NCBI RefSeq assembly: GCF_009914755.1
Contig: NC_060927.1
Source: the human T2T-CHM13v2.0 reference genome, Homo sapiens
Reading direction: 5' to 3' (one strand)
DNA length: 64,000 bases
The notes under the pieces are model-generated. The model had not been told where the DNA came from, did no database searches, and saw only the letters and a program-made list of their open reading frames with translations. This document shows, in pieces, positions 1 to 16,031 of this stretch (its first letter is position 1; each line of letters starts with the position of its first letter). The position numbers and the translations under genes were made by a program.

Positions 1-347
1 GCAAAATTATCCTTTTTAACAGGAACGCACATACACACGAGGAGAAGAGGTCACCAACCTAGCCATCTTCCCAACCATGGCACTAAATTTGGGGTGTTCC
101 CACTTCCCCGACTTCCTACAGCATTCACTCTCTGTGCTAGTCACTTCATCATTCCATTACATATTGAACTAGCTCATCAAATGCCGTTGTACATAACCCT
201 GTACATACCACTCGTCAACAAAGATTTCATGAATTTATAAACAAATGAATAAACCAACGAATGAATGTTTTCTATTTTCTCTTCTTTGCCTTACTCCCCT
301 CTCACTTCCTCCCCTCCTAAGAAGCATTTATGTTTCCTGTGCATATA

Positions 348-643
<296 letters not shown>

Positions 644-2339
644 TCCTCTGTATATTTTCTCTAAACTGTAAGCTCTGAGAGATGAATTGTGTGCTCTTTC
701 TTCTTTCTCCACCTGTGGTGCGTTTCACATAGTGTTAAGGAAAAAGTAACTAAGTCCTTGCTAAATAATAGCATCTCTATAGGTAAGATGAATATTCAGT
801 GAGAAGCATCCCTATATTGCCATGTTTAGGGACTAAAATCTTTTGATGACATTTTTATGACTGAGTGACCTCATCACGTGCAAAAAGTGCATTTGTACAC
901 AGCAATCAATGATTAGACTCTTCGAAAATTAAAAAACAAAACAAAGCTGGGTACAAACCATGATTCAGAGATTACACAAATAATAAATGTCATTTTATGG
1001 CTGTGAGTAAACTTGAATGACTTACCCTAATAAAACTGTACCTACTAAAGGTAGACAGCTACTCCAGGGTTTTAAAAAATCATCTGTTTTTCATTTCTCT
1101 TGCTAAATTTTGTTAAATGAAAAGAATCCTTCTGAATGGACATAAGACTGGAAGGGCACGAAAAGCAGTTTTTCTAAACTGCTACCAATACCAGCACATC
1201 CTGCAACTAGATAACGTTGCCCAAGGAGCTTCCACTTCATTTTGTTTTGCCTCCAAAGGCTCTTCACTGATGCAGCTAAAAAAGAGGAGGACGAGGAAAG
1301 ACCCACAGGAAGACTGCAGCCCAGACTTCATTGGAGCCACTAGTCATAAATAGTGGCAACTTTAACCCTTCTCCTTGGAAGCACAAGAACTAGTGTGACC
1401 TTTGCTTCTCTTTCGTTACCTGGATTCTGGGAACTGCAGACTTAAGAACCAAGTTCATCCCACCAGTGGATGCTATGGAACTCCTGCACTATAACAACTC
1501 CCCCACTTCCTACCACGCCCACTCACGGTTTGGTTTTGCCCCTTCCTGCTAAAGTCCTAAATAGGTTCTGGTTTTGTTTAAAGCATGTAGCCAGTATTTG
1601 GTAAGTGACAGGCAAGGCCACCCACTCTGTCTTGCCCCTGCGCCCCTCCAAATAGAGTGCGCAGAAATGAGCATGGTGGGACAGGTGTCTGCCCCTCTAG
1701 TCCAGAGGAGGACAGCAGCCCAACTCCTCATTATTCTATTAATACAGTCTGAATTCTTTGCCCCTGCCCCCCACCTAGGTCTCAACTGGCTCCTACTGGT
1801 GTTACAATCATTCCTCACTAATTGTCACATGAACTGCTGTTAAGTTAGAGCTCTTCACTCTACACTAGTACCATGGTATGGGCTTTGCATTCATGCCCAT
1901 TAACGATCTTTTTTTCATTTTGATTGAGAACTTCAGCCTGCTGAGACTTTGTTCTAAAAAAATCTTCATTCTTCATCTCAGCATATTAACTCTTCCCCAT
2001 CCTCCCTCGACACAGACAATTTCTATTATCTCTAAATTTCTTGGATCATATTCATCTGAGAGATATTGTGATCAGTTTTCTAAATGTGTGCACTCCAATG
2101 TTTCACAACATCTAAACTGGGGTGCTATTGTTACTATTTGACAATTAAGAAGACCTGTTCACGTCAGGGCTTATTCTCATGTATCACCCACTCCAGGTGT
2201 CGGGTTATTCCCACTTATTACCTGTACCAAGAGAGGTCCGGCCCTGCCTCCTCCTGCCACCTTCACTCAGCACCCAGCACAGTGCCTGGCTCTCAGCAGA
2301 GGCTTCATTGACAAAGGTTTTTGAATGCATAGATGAGCG

Positions 2340-2470
2340 AGCTTACTTAATCTTTATCATAATCCTATGAAGATTCTGTTTTCAGTCTACATTTTATAGA
2401 TGAGAAAACTGAGGTCTAGAAACTTAAATAACTCACTCAGAGTTAGGCACCTGTTACACAGAACCAGCAT
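2340..2470. mobile_element. MIR fragment
   Basis: MIR core ttttatagatgagaaaactgagg. Confidence 0.7.
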
Positions 2471-3859
2471 TTAAAAATAATGCCTAGAAAGTATAAACAA
2501 CATGCACAAGACACGCCAATTGCTCATTTCAGAGCAGGACCCCCAAATCAGGTCTTGTGCTTCTCTTTCTTGTGAATCACTAGTGTGGACCATACCTCTC
2601 CAATCACCTCTCCTACCAGCTTTCTGTTTCTCTTTTCTGCAGAAACAGACGTAGCTAAAGAAATTTCCAAATTAAAACCTGGCAATGGTTTCTATATTCT
2701 TGTTTCCTAAACCTATAAATCAAAAGTGTCTAAACAGGTCATAAATGTTCCTCAGCAATATAATGGGAAAAGTTCTGATTTATAGTGCCGGTGGAATAAT
2801 TTTAAATAATTACATAAGAGTTTTGAAAAAATGCAATTAACACCTTTAGAAGTTTTTTGAGATGAAAATGAATCTCTGGAGATGACTGTTCCCATACATA
2901 AAGATAGCCAGTTAAAAAATAAAAATAAAGCTACAAGATGCAACTGTGTCTGAAAGATCCTATGGAGACAGAGAATAGGAGCTACTATTTACAATGGGAA
3001 TTCACTAGCGTGACCACATCAATAAATGTTTAACTTTGTCGCATTATTACACGATAACAACACAATCATCAAATGTACTATTGAACATTGCAATTAAATC
3101 ACCAAATAAACATCTTATTTCTATTCAGCCCCAGCTGATGGCTTTCTGCCTCTGTACTGCTTTGACACATCCTACCACACTGTCCTTTGGAACACTTCAA
3201 ATCCACCTACCTGCTCTTGCAAATCTGGCCAATGTTCTTCCCTTCCTCTTTCTCTTCATTTGTGATTCATCTCCTTCAGAATCCAGCCTTCTACAGATGA
3301 AGTCACTCCAAGCAACCATCCTTAACCCTAATTTCCCTGGGTATCAAAGAAAGTCTTACCATCTCTGAATTTCCTTCTTCTGGCTTAGCAAGCAGTAGTA
3401 GTTATGATTTGACTCAATGAACCCATTTCTCAAGCGCACTTAAGGTACTAACCTTTCCCTTTTGTCTCTCACTGGGTGATCTTCACTTTGGCCCATTCTA
3501 CCAGCACTTTGTCTGAAACCTTTACCTCCACAGGATTTGCAACTCTGAAAGTGGCAGAAGGAGGCAACCTCCGACTAAACTAATTTTTAAAGTATATACT
3601 GCTTAACGCTAAGTGTTCTGCATTTGTGTCCAGGTTTACCTTGGATACGACACTAAACAATAATGAAGCAGAACTTGACTTTCCTCAGGGCTCCTTCAGA
3701 TCCCGTGGCAATCTGAAAAGTGTTCTAACACTCCATAATTCAAAACTGAAATGGCCCAAGGTATCTCCCCAGTTCTTTCCAGCACCTGTACTCAGCTCAG
3801 TAATTACACAAAGAGAACCCTCAGCCATTATCCTGGTCATCCGAATTAAGAAAAAGACA

Positions 3860-4060
3860 CAGAATCATAGAAACTCTGATCTGGAATAGATTTAGCGATC
3901 ATCTTAATCCCACCCCCTCACTCCAGATAAGGAAACTGATGCCACGGAGGGAAACATGAAGAGCCAAAGGTCATACCTCTAAATAGTTACAGGCAGAACC
4001 GAGACCAGAACCTAAAACCTGCGACTCCTTATTAAGCATTCTTTCCATTGCTTCACGCCA
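3860..4060. mobile_element. MIR fragment
   Basis: cagataaggaaactgatgcc...aaggtcata core. Confidence 0.65.
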
Positions 4061-4329
4061 CCAGACAAGGAAGATACATGAGGAACCACAAAACTAAAAT
4101 AATCAGCCTCCAACACTTAGAACTGCTTTGGTTGGGGGATACATAGGGAGAAAACAGTCTTTCTGTATTTGTTGGAAGGAGCAGTGCTTTTTATTTCCAC
4201 TACAAATTATGAATGAAAAATACAACTAAGTATTACTCACCAAAGGCACAAGACAAGATTTAAGTCATCTTCCATGGTCACTCACATTTCACTTGTCTAC
4301 TATGTAGCTAGATTTTGTCATTAACCCAG

Positions 4330-4500
4330 GGCTGAATTGTCCAACAGTGTACACAGTAGTCACAAATGGCTATCTAAATTTAAATGAATTACACTTAAAT
4401 AAAATAATTTAGTTCCTCTAACATATTATCCACATTTGAAGTGCACAATAGCCAATGTGGCTAGTAACTACCATGCTGCAAAGTGCAGACATAGAATAGA
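4330..4500. mobile_element. MER33/MER3-like hAT-Charlie fossil
   Basis: tggctatctaaatttaaat...ccacatttgaagtgcacaatagcc...gtggctag. Confidence 0.7.
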
Positions 4501-4508
4501 CGGTGCTG

Positions 4509-4833
<325 letters not shown>

Positions 4834-4902
4834 CTAGAACATACTAGTCTGTGAAATGGGCATCATATGAAAGCCACCACATAAATTATAAGTTTGTAAA
4901 CA

Positions 4903-5185
4903 ACACACGTTCTCACTCGTAAGTGGGAGCTGAACAACATGAACACATGGACACAGGGAGGGGAACATCACACACCGGGGCCTGTCAGGGGGTGGGGGGT
5001 AGGGGAGGGATAACATTAGGAGAAATACCTAATGTAGATGACGGGTTGATGGGCGCAGCAAACCACCAGGGCACATGTATACCTATGTAACAAACCTGCA
5101 CGTTCTGCACATGTAACCCAGAACTTAAAGTATAATCAAATAAAAAAAAAAAGAAAACAACAACAACAAAAAAAAAACAGACAAA
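4903..5185 (+). mobile_element. L1PA 3' end (5'-truncated LINE-1)
   Basis: gttctcactc.taagtgggagctgaacaa..., G-rich tract, ...aacctgcacgttctgcacatgt...aacttaaagtataat, then A-rich tail. Confidence 0.95.
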
Positions 5186-5582
5186 AATTGTAAGTTTATT
5201 ATATAAACTTTTTACAGTAACAAGGGACTGCAGAAATATTCTAGAGCAACTTTTTCTGGTTTCTAATGAAGGAACTGAGTCCTAAAACATTTATTTATAC
5301 TGCGCTCCCAATCCAGGTTTGGGATTAAACGTCGAATTGTCCAAATCTAGGAAGTGATTTTTCCGCTAACCAGCTGACTGGCTAAACAATATGGCTAGCA
5401 ATATGATATGGCTCACCTCTTTAAGATAAGGAGCAAAATGTCTATATAGCACTTACTCCTCCATCTTCTAAAAGGAACCTGAGTGGCAACAAGTTACTCC
5501 TTATCTATTCTGGATCTACGTGGTTTTAAGGGAGCCAACATCATCCGGGGGATGCAGGGGTGGATATAATGCTAGGTCCCAC

Positions 5583-5980
5583 TGATATAGTTTGAATATA
5601 TGTCCCCACCAAATCTTGTGTTGAACTGTAATCCCCAGTGTCGGAGGTGGGGCCTGGTGGGAGGTATTTGGGTCACAGGGGCAGATCCCTCATGTCTTGG
5701 TGCTGTCCTCGTGACAGTGAGTTCCCCTGAGATCTGGTTAAGTGTGTGCCCCCTCACCCCCAAATCTCTCTCTCACTCCTGCTCTTGCCATGTGACATGC
5801 TGGCTCCCCTTCTGCCTTCCACCATGAGCAAAAGTTCCCTGAGGCCTCCCCGGAAGCTCAGCAGATGCTGGCACCATGTTAATGCAGCTTGTGGAACCAT
5901 GAGCCAAATAAACCTCTTTTCTTTATAAATTACCCAGCCACAGGTATTTCTTTATAGTGACACAAGAACAGCCTAACACA
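5583..5980 (+). mobile_element. MST-family ERVL-MaLR solo LTR
   Basis: tgatatagtttg...ctgtaatcccca..., aataaacctcttttctttataaattaccca..., ending ctaacaca (TG...CA termini). Confidence 0.88.
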
Positions 5981-5989
5981 CTTACCAAT

Positions 5990-6409
5990 CAGCACATCTC
6001 CTCCCTTCTCCACAGTGACTGGTTCATGTATAGATAAGTGACCCAAGTCACTCAATTGATTCAAGGGATTTCGCTGGAATTACTGAGCAAGAGATACTCT
6101 CTTTCTGAGGGGTTGCTAAGCTGTAAGTATGTGAAGCAGGGACTCTCAGAAGCCCTCTGGCCTCAGCAAGGGAAAAACCTGACAAAGAACGGAGCCAATA
6201 GGAAAGAAACAGAACAGAACAGAACAATTGGAACAGACCCTTCCTGATGACGTTACCTGAGTGCCTGGTTCCAGCTGGGTCTGAGGCCAGGCTAACCCTT
6301 GAACTTTTAAGCTCTGTGAGCGTACACACTCTCTCACCCCAACCCCTCATCACTTGCCAGTCTGAGCTGGGTTTTGACATTTGCATGGGAAAAAGTCTTG
6401 ACTAATACA
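5990..6409 (+). mobile_element. Old MLT1-family LTR fragment
   Basis: 3' end ccagtctgagctgggttttg...gactaataca is typical of MLT1. Confidence 0.6.
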
Positions 6410-7263
6410 GGTACCTCCTTCCACAAGAAGATTAGGAAGTGGTCATAGTGTAACACTTCCAAACAACCTAGAAAAGCACTGCCTGAGGGAAACCCCAAAT
6501 TACAAGGCACACCATTGCAGTTGCAAATCTTGGTTCATCTGATGCCATTCTGGGAGGGATTCCCCAAGTCAACCCCAACTGTACACGGCCTGTCCCAGCC
6601 ATGCACCATTCACCAGGTTTCAGTTCACCACCTGTGCATTTTTCTTTCGATCACCCCAATTCACAAATTTCTTTCAAGGGTATGCCTGCAACATCACTTT
6701 GAAATTCAGTAAAGTATCTTCTATTCACCAAGCCCTGGGAATTTCTTCAAGACATTTTCACCCTCTAAAAAAAATAAAGAAATCCCCTCAAAGTCTTATG
6801 ATGACCATACTATTAAGAGTTCTCAGTCCAGTGGGTTTTCACTCAAAATTCTTTCAGTGTGTGTGGTTTTTTTTTTTCCCCCAAAAACAAACTCTACAAT
6901 GATTCACTGATTCCTCACCCATGGGTTTGTTTCTCATTTTTCCTGAATCTGATAGTTTATTTTTTGTTCTTGATCCACTCTGCCAAATTATGATAATCTC
7001 ACTTTCATAGAGTCTGGTAATAAATGATTTAAAGGAATTCATTAGCAACTATTTTATTGTAATACATACATTCTGGAGAAATACACATTTTTCTTCATGG
7101 TGGCCTCTTTCAAGCTATCTGACTGAAATCACTTACTGAGACCAGGCATGTTAAAATATAGAATAGATTTTTCATGAATAACCTGCCCTTGCATAGTTAA
7201 CACTATTTTTCAAAGTCTTTGCTTTCTCCTAAATAAAATGATTTTTTAAAATAAATCATTGTT

Positions 7264-7495
7264 GGCCAGGCGCAGTGGCTCATGCCTGTAATCCCAGAAC
7301 TTTGGGAGGCTGAGGTGGGGGAATCGCTGGAGCCCAGGAGTTCGAGGCCAGCCTGTGCAACACAGCAAGACCCCGTCTCTACTAAAAACACAAAAATTAC
7401 CTGGGTGTGGTGTTGGGTACCTGTTAATCCCAGTTACCAGGGAGGATGAGGCACAATAGTTGCTTGAATAAATAAACAAACAAATCAATCAATCA
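7264..7495 (+). mobile_element. AluJ-like, right arm largely deleted
   Basis: Left arm, partial right arm, AAAT/AAAC/AATC tail, TSD aatcattgtt. Confidence 0.9.
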
Positions 7496-7664
7496 ATCAT
7501 TGTTTAAATATATGGATTTGGGCATAAAATAGTCATTCCTTGTTAGTGGCTGTTTATTTCTTTCACTCAAAGAATTTGCCAAAAGCCACTTATTTCTATG
7601 CATTTTCTGTCCAGCTCTGTAACAGCTTGCAACTACTTTTTTTCTTCCACTTAGCTTTTTGCTT

Positions 7665-7963
7665 TTCTTTTCTGAGACGAGGTCTCACTCTGTCCCCCAG
7701 GCTGGAGTACAGTGACACAATCACAGCTCACTGCAACCTCAACCTCCCATGGTCAAGCAATCCTCCCATGTCAGCCTCCTAAGTAGCTGCGACTCCAGGT
7801 GCATAACACCACATTCAGCTAATTTAAAAAAAAATTTTTTTTTGTAGAGATAGGGTCTCCCTGTGTTACCCAGGCTGGTCCCGAAGTCCTGGCCTCAAGC
7901 AATTCTCTTGCCTTGGCCTCCCAAAGTGCCTCACATCACAGGTGTGAGCTACTACGCCAGGCC
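7665..7963 (-). mobile_element. AluJ-like
   Basis: Reverse dimer with TSD ccacttagcttttt. Confidence 0.93.
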
Positions 7964-8160
7964 CCACTTAGCTTTTTTTACTTCACCCCATTAATATTTA
8001 GTATCCCAAAGTTTCATTTATTTTCCTGTTACTGTGAAATTCCAGGTGAAGATTACTGGGCTCCTATGGCTTCAGCTTTTTACTATTAAGGAATATTATA
8101 TTAGAATCATCAACAACAATCCAGTGAAATTCTAATAACATTATTAGCACCTTTCGTTAA

Positions 8161-8558
<398 letters not shown>

Positions 8559-10749
8559 CATTTACGGCCATTTTATAGACAAAGAAACAAAGTTTTCTAT
8601 TTTGCCCAAGGTCATGGTGGCAGGTCACGATTCAAACATGAATCCTTTGTTTCTAAAGCCTAAAGAGACTCAGGATGACATGGCTGAAAATTCTAGCATT
8701 GGAACTGCAAATATCGGATTGAAATCCATCACAACTGTATTCTTTGTAGCTGCAAACCTGAAACCAGTGTCTCATGTTGACAACTGGCCTTGCCCATGTT
8801 TTGTCCTTGGCCAAGGGGCAAAAAGAAAGCTCTGCCCTCTTTCAGACTGTGCCCATTACAGTTCTAGCTTACTTATCTAGGACTGCTAGTTAATTTCATA
8901 TTAAGGAAATCTGTGAGCATCCCATGAAAGGGGATCTTCTCTCGTTCTTGCTTATGTGACAACAACATATACAAACATCATTATTATGCAATGTACCGGG
9001 GGGAAAGGGAGCACATTTGATAAATGTCATGATAATTTTATTCTTCGGGAATCTAAAATTGCTGTTGCCTTTTCTAATCTCCAGTGTCTCTAGCTGGTCC
9101 AGAGATAACGGCTCCCATCCCAGGCTAGAGACTCCATCTCTAATTTCCCCAAGTCTGTCAATGAGAGGCAGGGACTGAAATCCCAAGTTCTGTCTCACCG
9201 GATATTTTCCAGGAATGCCTCTCTTCCAAATCATCAGCGACATTTAACATGACCCTGAGCAGCAAACTTCTGCCCCAGAGGAAAGCAGAAAACCAATTTA
9301 TGTAAAATTAAAAGCGATTTGCTTGATCCATCACTTGCTTCCACTCCCGTCCCACTTTCAACTGCAACACATTCAGCTGGAATTACAGGCTACCTCTTCG
9401 TCCTGCACTGGGGCATAGAATCTATCTATGCACAACCATGGAGAACAAACATTACAGAGAAAATAATGACTTTGGAAGCACCAGGCACCCTACCCAAACA
9501 CAAGCTACATGTGTGTTCACAGATGGAAACTAACGGCTGTTTACCCTGAAGGCCCCATAAGAAAAATGCAGTCACCATAACAGTAAAATGCAACTTACTA
9601 TTCAACATGAAACAAAGTGAGATAAAGAGAGGGCTAGGGACTGAATTCCAACAAAGAGCTCTTATAGTACCTTGGATTTCCTCGGGACAGTCCACACCAT
9701 TCAAGAGCTGTGCAGGCCCTGAAGAGGTGAGCTGCACAACTGATGAGATCAAAAGACCAAGGCAGGAAAAGGGTTGCAGGTTAGCTCAGTTCTTTGTTGG
9801 GTGGGTCAGAGAACAGAACTCATGTGACATCATTTTGTGTCTTGCTCTGGAGGTGCACTTAGCAAAGCCAGAAATCCAATGTTAATTGATCAAACAACGA
9901 CAACAAAATACCGGTTTTGTCTGGCAAAGGATTATGCAACATATTGATGTAAACGGCATCGAGCCGCATCAGAGGTACTCTGACCATTTCCTTGATGCAA
10001 CAAATAAGGGCACGCATTCCTTGTCAGTGCATCACAAAATGACAACAAAAGTCATCCAAGGTTTCCTGTTGAGAGATGCCAGCTGGTATTGACAAAGGCT
10101 TAAGAGTGTCTTTCTCAGACCTCTGTGGTTTAGCACTTTGTCAAAACAGGATACTATTTAAATTAAAAATTTACTGATTCAAGTTCAGAAAAACCCTGCT
10201 TTGCTGTTTTTATAACCAAATTTGTGGGTGGGGAAACTTTGACCTTTATTTTTTCTTTTTTTATGACACCTTATATGGGTCTGAGAAGGTACTATATTTA
10301 GCAGGCTAGATTTGAGAACTAAGGTGTCTAAGCAAGATGACTATCACTTTCTATGAATTACTGTACATGTGAAATCATGGGCTTGTTATATTATGCAAAA
10401 GCGACTCATGTGAAACAAACAAAAATACCTGTTTGCATGTATAAGTTTTGTAAAATCTTTGTGGGGAGAGAAAGGGGAAATACACACTAGACTAGGCCAC
10501 GGCATAATGTACCTCCCATGTGAATCTGGCTTAGTGTGCAAATGTATGTTTTCAGAGAAGGCTAAGCCAGGGCTGTAAGACTATGGTCAAAAAAGCAAAG
10601 CTGACGGTCAACCATAAGCAGTGCAGTGGTGAGAACCAAGATGCTGGGGAATAGATGGAGTCTCTGGAAATTGCGAAAGAGCAACCAAGCTTGTTTCTGA
10701 TTGGGGGCTCTTAAACTTGCTCTTCCCCGAACCTGAAACTTTCTTCCCT

Positions 10750-11080
10750 AGATAGACGCAAGACTCAGTCCCTCACTCAGTCAAGGTCTCTACTCAAAGA
10801 CCATTTCCTCAGAGTCCTTCCCTGGCCAGCCAGTCAAACATGGGACTGTCATCACCACGGTGTTTATCTTAATCTACTTTGTTTTCTTACAGATTTCATC
10901 GTCACACAACATGTGGTGATACATTGTTTTGTTTTTTGTTTTTTTTTTTTTGGCTTACCAGTTTAATGTCCCATAAGAATGTAATCTCCCGGCTGCTTTC
11001 TCTGCTGCTCACTCTAGGTGCCTCACTCTAGGTGTCTAGGTCAACACAACCACCCAATAATTTGTCAGATGTTTGTTGAA
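10750..11080. mobile_element. L2 fragment
   Basis: Degenerate L2 3' region (tactcaaaga...cttccctg...tttgttgaa). Confidence 0.45.
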
Positions 11081-11625
11081 CAGGGAATCTCATGAACAGT
11101 CTATTTGAGTTGCGTAAAGGATCTCATTATTTTTCTTGAACTTTCACCTGTCTAGCTAACTATTTATGGGAAAGGTACTAACAAAGTCATTCCAATGATG
11201 TCAAAGACTTCTGAGACACCAGAGACGCAGTTAGATATAAATATTAAACTACTTATTTTGCCTTAAAATCACTCTGAGATTATCTTTGAAGGTCTTACAG
11301 CTTTGAGAATATGCAACTTCCCATTGTTTAGGGGGAAACGCTGGAGGAAATTTGCATAATTTGAGAAAGAAATCGAACTCACCAAATACCTTAGTGCAGT
11401 TCATCTCTTTTGTCAATCTCTCTTTCTTATTAGTACAGGCAAATCTTTTAGTGAAGTGAATAATACTTTGGCCAATGACCTTACGCCAAGAGTACACCAG
11501 TGCTCAGGTCACATTTTGACCTTTCTTCCATCCAACATAGCTGAAGGATATGACACTTTATAAACAATTACACTGACTTGCTCTTACTCTGATTCTAAAT
11601 AGGGCTAATGAGGAGGTTGGAATCA

Positions 11626-12075
11626 GTGGCACCCAACCTCCGAAACAAGCCCCAAAGATTCTCACCATTTGGTATTCATGCCTTGGATAGTACCTTCCAA
11701 CACCATGTCAGGGCCGGTCTCTGTGACCAATAAATATGGCAGAAGTAATGGTATGTGATTTCCAAGGCTAGGTCACAACTTGGATCACTCTGGGAAAAGC
11801 CAGCTGCCACATCACAAGGGCACTGAAGTCACACTATGGAGAGGTCCACAGCCTGAGAACTTGAGGCCTCCTGCTGACAGCCATGTGAGCGAGCCATCTT
11901 GGAAGCGGCTCCCCTAGCCCCAATCATGCCCCAGCCTCACATTTTGACTGCAATCTCATGAGATGCTATGAGCCTGAACCACCCAGCTAAGCCACTCCCC
12001 TATCTCTGACTCACAGAAAGTGTGTAAAAGAATAAATGTTTAAACTGTAAGACACTAAGGTTTGGAGTAAATAAC
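11626..12075 (+). mobile_element. MLT1E/F-like MaLR LTR
   Basis: tgtgaccaata...ggcagaagt..., ccagctgcca..., gaggcctcctgc..., ccatcttggaagcgg..., cccagctaagccactc. Confidence 0.8.
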
Positions 12076-13632
12076 AGAGTTATCCAAATCTGATCATGAG
12101 GGCAGTTGCATGTCATCTGGCTTGCACACACTTTCTTCCTGCAGGAACACTCTTCCCTGCCCCATCCTTGCCACATGGGGATCACTACTACCCACAGTCC
12201 TAGTTAAGAAAGAGGAACTCTAATTTTCACAAGGCAGCCAGTTTAAAAAGACATCAGTCTATAATCAGGGTACAAAGATACAAAGAAATCAAGAATTCCA
12301 AAATGCCTGGGCTCTAGCTGGGCCACTATAGCGTGCTGTTGCCTTTGAGACTCTGAGGTGAATCTGTTCATGAAACCTTGAGCCACTTAGAAGAGGGATA
12401 GACAGCAGACAGGCAGGCTACTGAAATGAGTTGAAGTCCATGGCAAAGTGGGAATGGGCAGCATTTCTCTGCTCCAGATAACTGGTGCTATGTATATTGC
12501 TTGAACTTCTGATTTTTTTCTTTTTTAGGAGATGACAGAAAATGAGATTTTCATGGGAAATCTCCAGATTTTTTAAATCTTTGCAAAGAAAAAGAAAGCC
12601 TTCAAAAAGTTCGAACCAAAAAAAGGTTAAATGTTGTGTGCATAAACAAAACAGTATCTAGCCTGCGGGCCATCAGTTTGCAATCTCTAATGGGGAATCA
12701 ATTCCTTACTTTCTTCAACCTTGCTCCCATCATAAAACAAATCTCTCGATTCCTATTTTCAAGAAATTTCATTTTCTAAGCTTCTTTCACATTTTTCTTG
12801 GATATTCCCATGTTTTTCAACTAAACAGTACCTCCCTGTTTGTAACAGAGTTGTCACGATGGCTGTTAGAAAACATTTGCCCCGTTTTTCATAAGTGCAG
12901 TATGTAATGTGATAATACAGAAGTGAAAGAACAAGTCTCCTGCAGGTGTGAGGAGAACCACCCTTGGGGGGAAAAAGTAACAGGGCAATGAAGAGTAACA
13001 AATTACTCAGTCCCCAGGAGAAGCAAGTCAACTCTAACTAGAAGGCTTGATGAAAAGATAATTTTATAATCCATGCTTCCCTTCCCAACACATCAAGACA
13101 CAATAAAATGAGCATACTCCCTGATCTTCTTTGCATATATGTAACTATAATGTCAAATAAAAAATAACTGTGCAACTGCCTCCTTAAGAGTGCAGGGAAG
13201 AACTAGGAGGGGGTCAGAGTGGGGAAGCATGATCATTGCACTCTGTCTTTTCTTCTCAGCAGTTGCAGTGCCATTACAGGAGAGCTAGGGTCCTGCACAG
13301 AAGACCTACAGAAGTGAACAATTCACTGTAGAATTTGCAACCCATCTGGCATATATCAAAGATTCAGAGACGATAACATAGGTATATGATAACATAGGTA
13401 TGGCCATTCTAAATGCACTTCGCTCTGAAATGCATAGGGGGTTGACAACTGCCACTCTCTGCCCATCTACTACCATCAGAAAGCCTCAGTATTATATAAA
13501 ATTCAATTTTTTGTGTGTCCAGACCACTGTAGGATCTCACAAGTAATAACCCAAACCAACATCATCATAATATAATGATCAGAACAACAGCTATAAGAAG
13601 GGCAGGTAACATTTTGAGCTACAGGTGCCAGA

Positions 13633-13635
<3 letters not shown>

Positions 13636-13682
<47 letters not shown>
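13636..13682 (+). repeat. (TG)23 microsatellite
   Basis: Perfect dinucleotide run. Confidence 0.99.
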
Positions 13683-13686
<4 letters not shown>

Positions 13687-13748
13687 ATTCTTAAATTAAT
13701 CCTCTGAATTAATCTGCTGGGTAGACATTTCTACTTTATAGAAGCTCA

Positions 13749-14154
<406 letters not shown>

Positions 14155-14452
14155 CTACTCCAAAGAGTTACCAAATTAAGCTTAATTGTCTCATCAATAT
14201 CTCAAGCTCAAGATTAAGGGTAACCCCAAGCTTTTTCCTAACCAGTTAACATATTCAACCAATGAATGTAATGCTATGACATTATGAGTCTAAAATAAAA
14301 TATAATTCTCAATTATAGAATTATTAATAAAACAAAGACCAATAAACTTCACAGCTGGGAGAGAGGTATGAGAAACACAACTGTAATCAACATTTGGAAA
14401 TAAGAAACAAAGTTCAAGGATCTGGCTTTTACAAAAGCCAACAGGAAAATCA

Positions 14453-14950
<498 letters not shown>

Positions 14951-15532
14951 CCAGGATGTGCCAGTCTGTGTCTCTAAGAGGGAGGGCAAGTACAGAGACC
15001 CTTGTGGGACCCTAAAATCAGTATCAGCGGAAACTGAAGGTCACGTTCCTCCCCCTCAGATTGAGGACAGGAGGAGGCTGGTCTGTGGAACCGAAGCAAA
15101 CCTTAGATGGAAGGAAACTTTCAGAGGAAATGATTTAAGCTTTTTTGGTAAGTAGGGTATTTTTCAAATTCTTTTAGAAGTTCTTATTTCCATCTTAAGC
15201 CTGCACAAATAAAAATAATTGTCAGTTTTCAAATGTGAGGGAGGGCGTTTGGCTTATTTTCCTTCAAACTTCCAGGTCTTGGGAGTTTTTCTTATTTTGA
15301 AGGAAAACTTGAGCTCCCACAGAGAAAATGGAGGCAGTAGATGTTCCCAGAGATGACTGGAGTATTGTCTTACACTGGTAGCAATACAGTAAAAGAAGGA
15401 TATAGAGAGACACGTGACAAAGAGTTGCACAGATATACTTTAGAGATATATGAAGACACCACATTAAAAGAGATTAGTTCTTGATTTTTCATCAGGAAGA
15501 CATATTTACCAAATGCTTTAAAAGGCAAAAAA

Positions 15533-15850
15533 GCTCAGGCGTGGTGGCTCACGCCTATAATCCCAGCCCTTTGGGAGGCCAAGGCAGGCAGATCACCTGA
15601 GGTCAGGAGTTTGAGACCAGCCTGGCCAACATGGTGAAACCCCGTCTCTACTAAAAATACAAAAATTAGCCGGGCATAGTGGCACACGCCTCAGCTACTT
15701 GGGAGGCTGAGGCAGAAGAATCGCTTGAACCTGGGAGGCAGAGGGTGCAGTGAGCCAAGATCGCACTAGTGCACTCAGCCTGGGCGACAAGAGCAAGACT
15801 CCATTTCAAAAAATAAAAATAAAAATGAAAAAAAAAAAAAATTAAAAAAA
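15533..15850 (+). mobile_element. AluSq/Sx-like
   Basis: Full dimer with a small right-arm deletion (cacgcc^tcagctac). Confidence 0.95.
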
Positions 15851-15867
15851 GCAAAAGAACATTCTAG

Positions 15868-16031
15868 ATAGCACTGTCCAATAGATCTTTTCACAATGAT
15901 GGAAATGTTCTATATCTGCATTAATCAAAATAATAGCCACTGGCCACATATGGCTATTTAAATTTAAATTTATTTAATGTAAATACAATTTAAAAATCCA
16001 ACTCTTTGACTGTACTAGCCACATTTCAAGT
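15868..16031. mobile_element. MER33/MER3-like hAT-Charlie fossil (truncated)
   Basis: gcactgtccaataga...gatggaaatgttctatatctgc...tggctatttaaatttaaatt...ctagccacatttcaagt. Confidence 0.8.
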
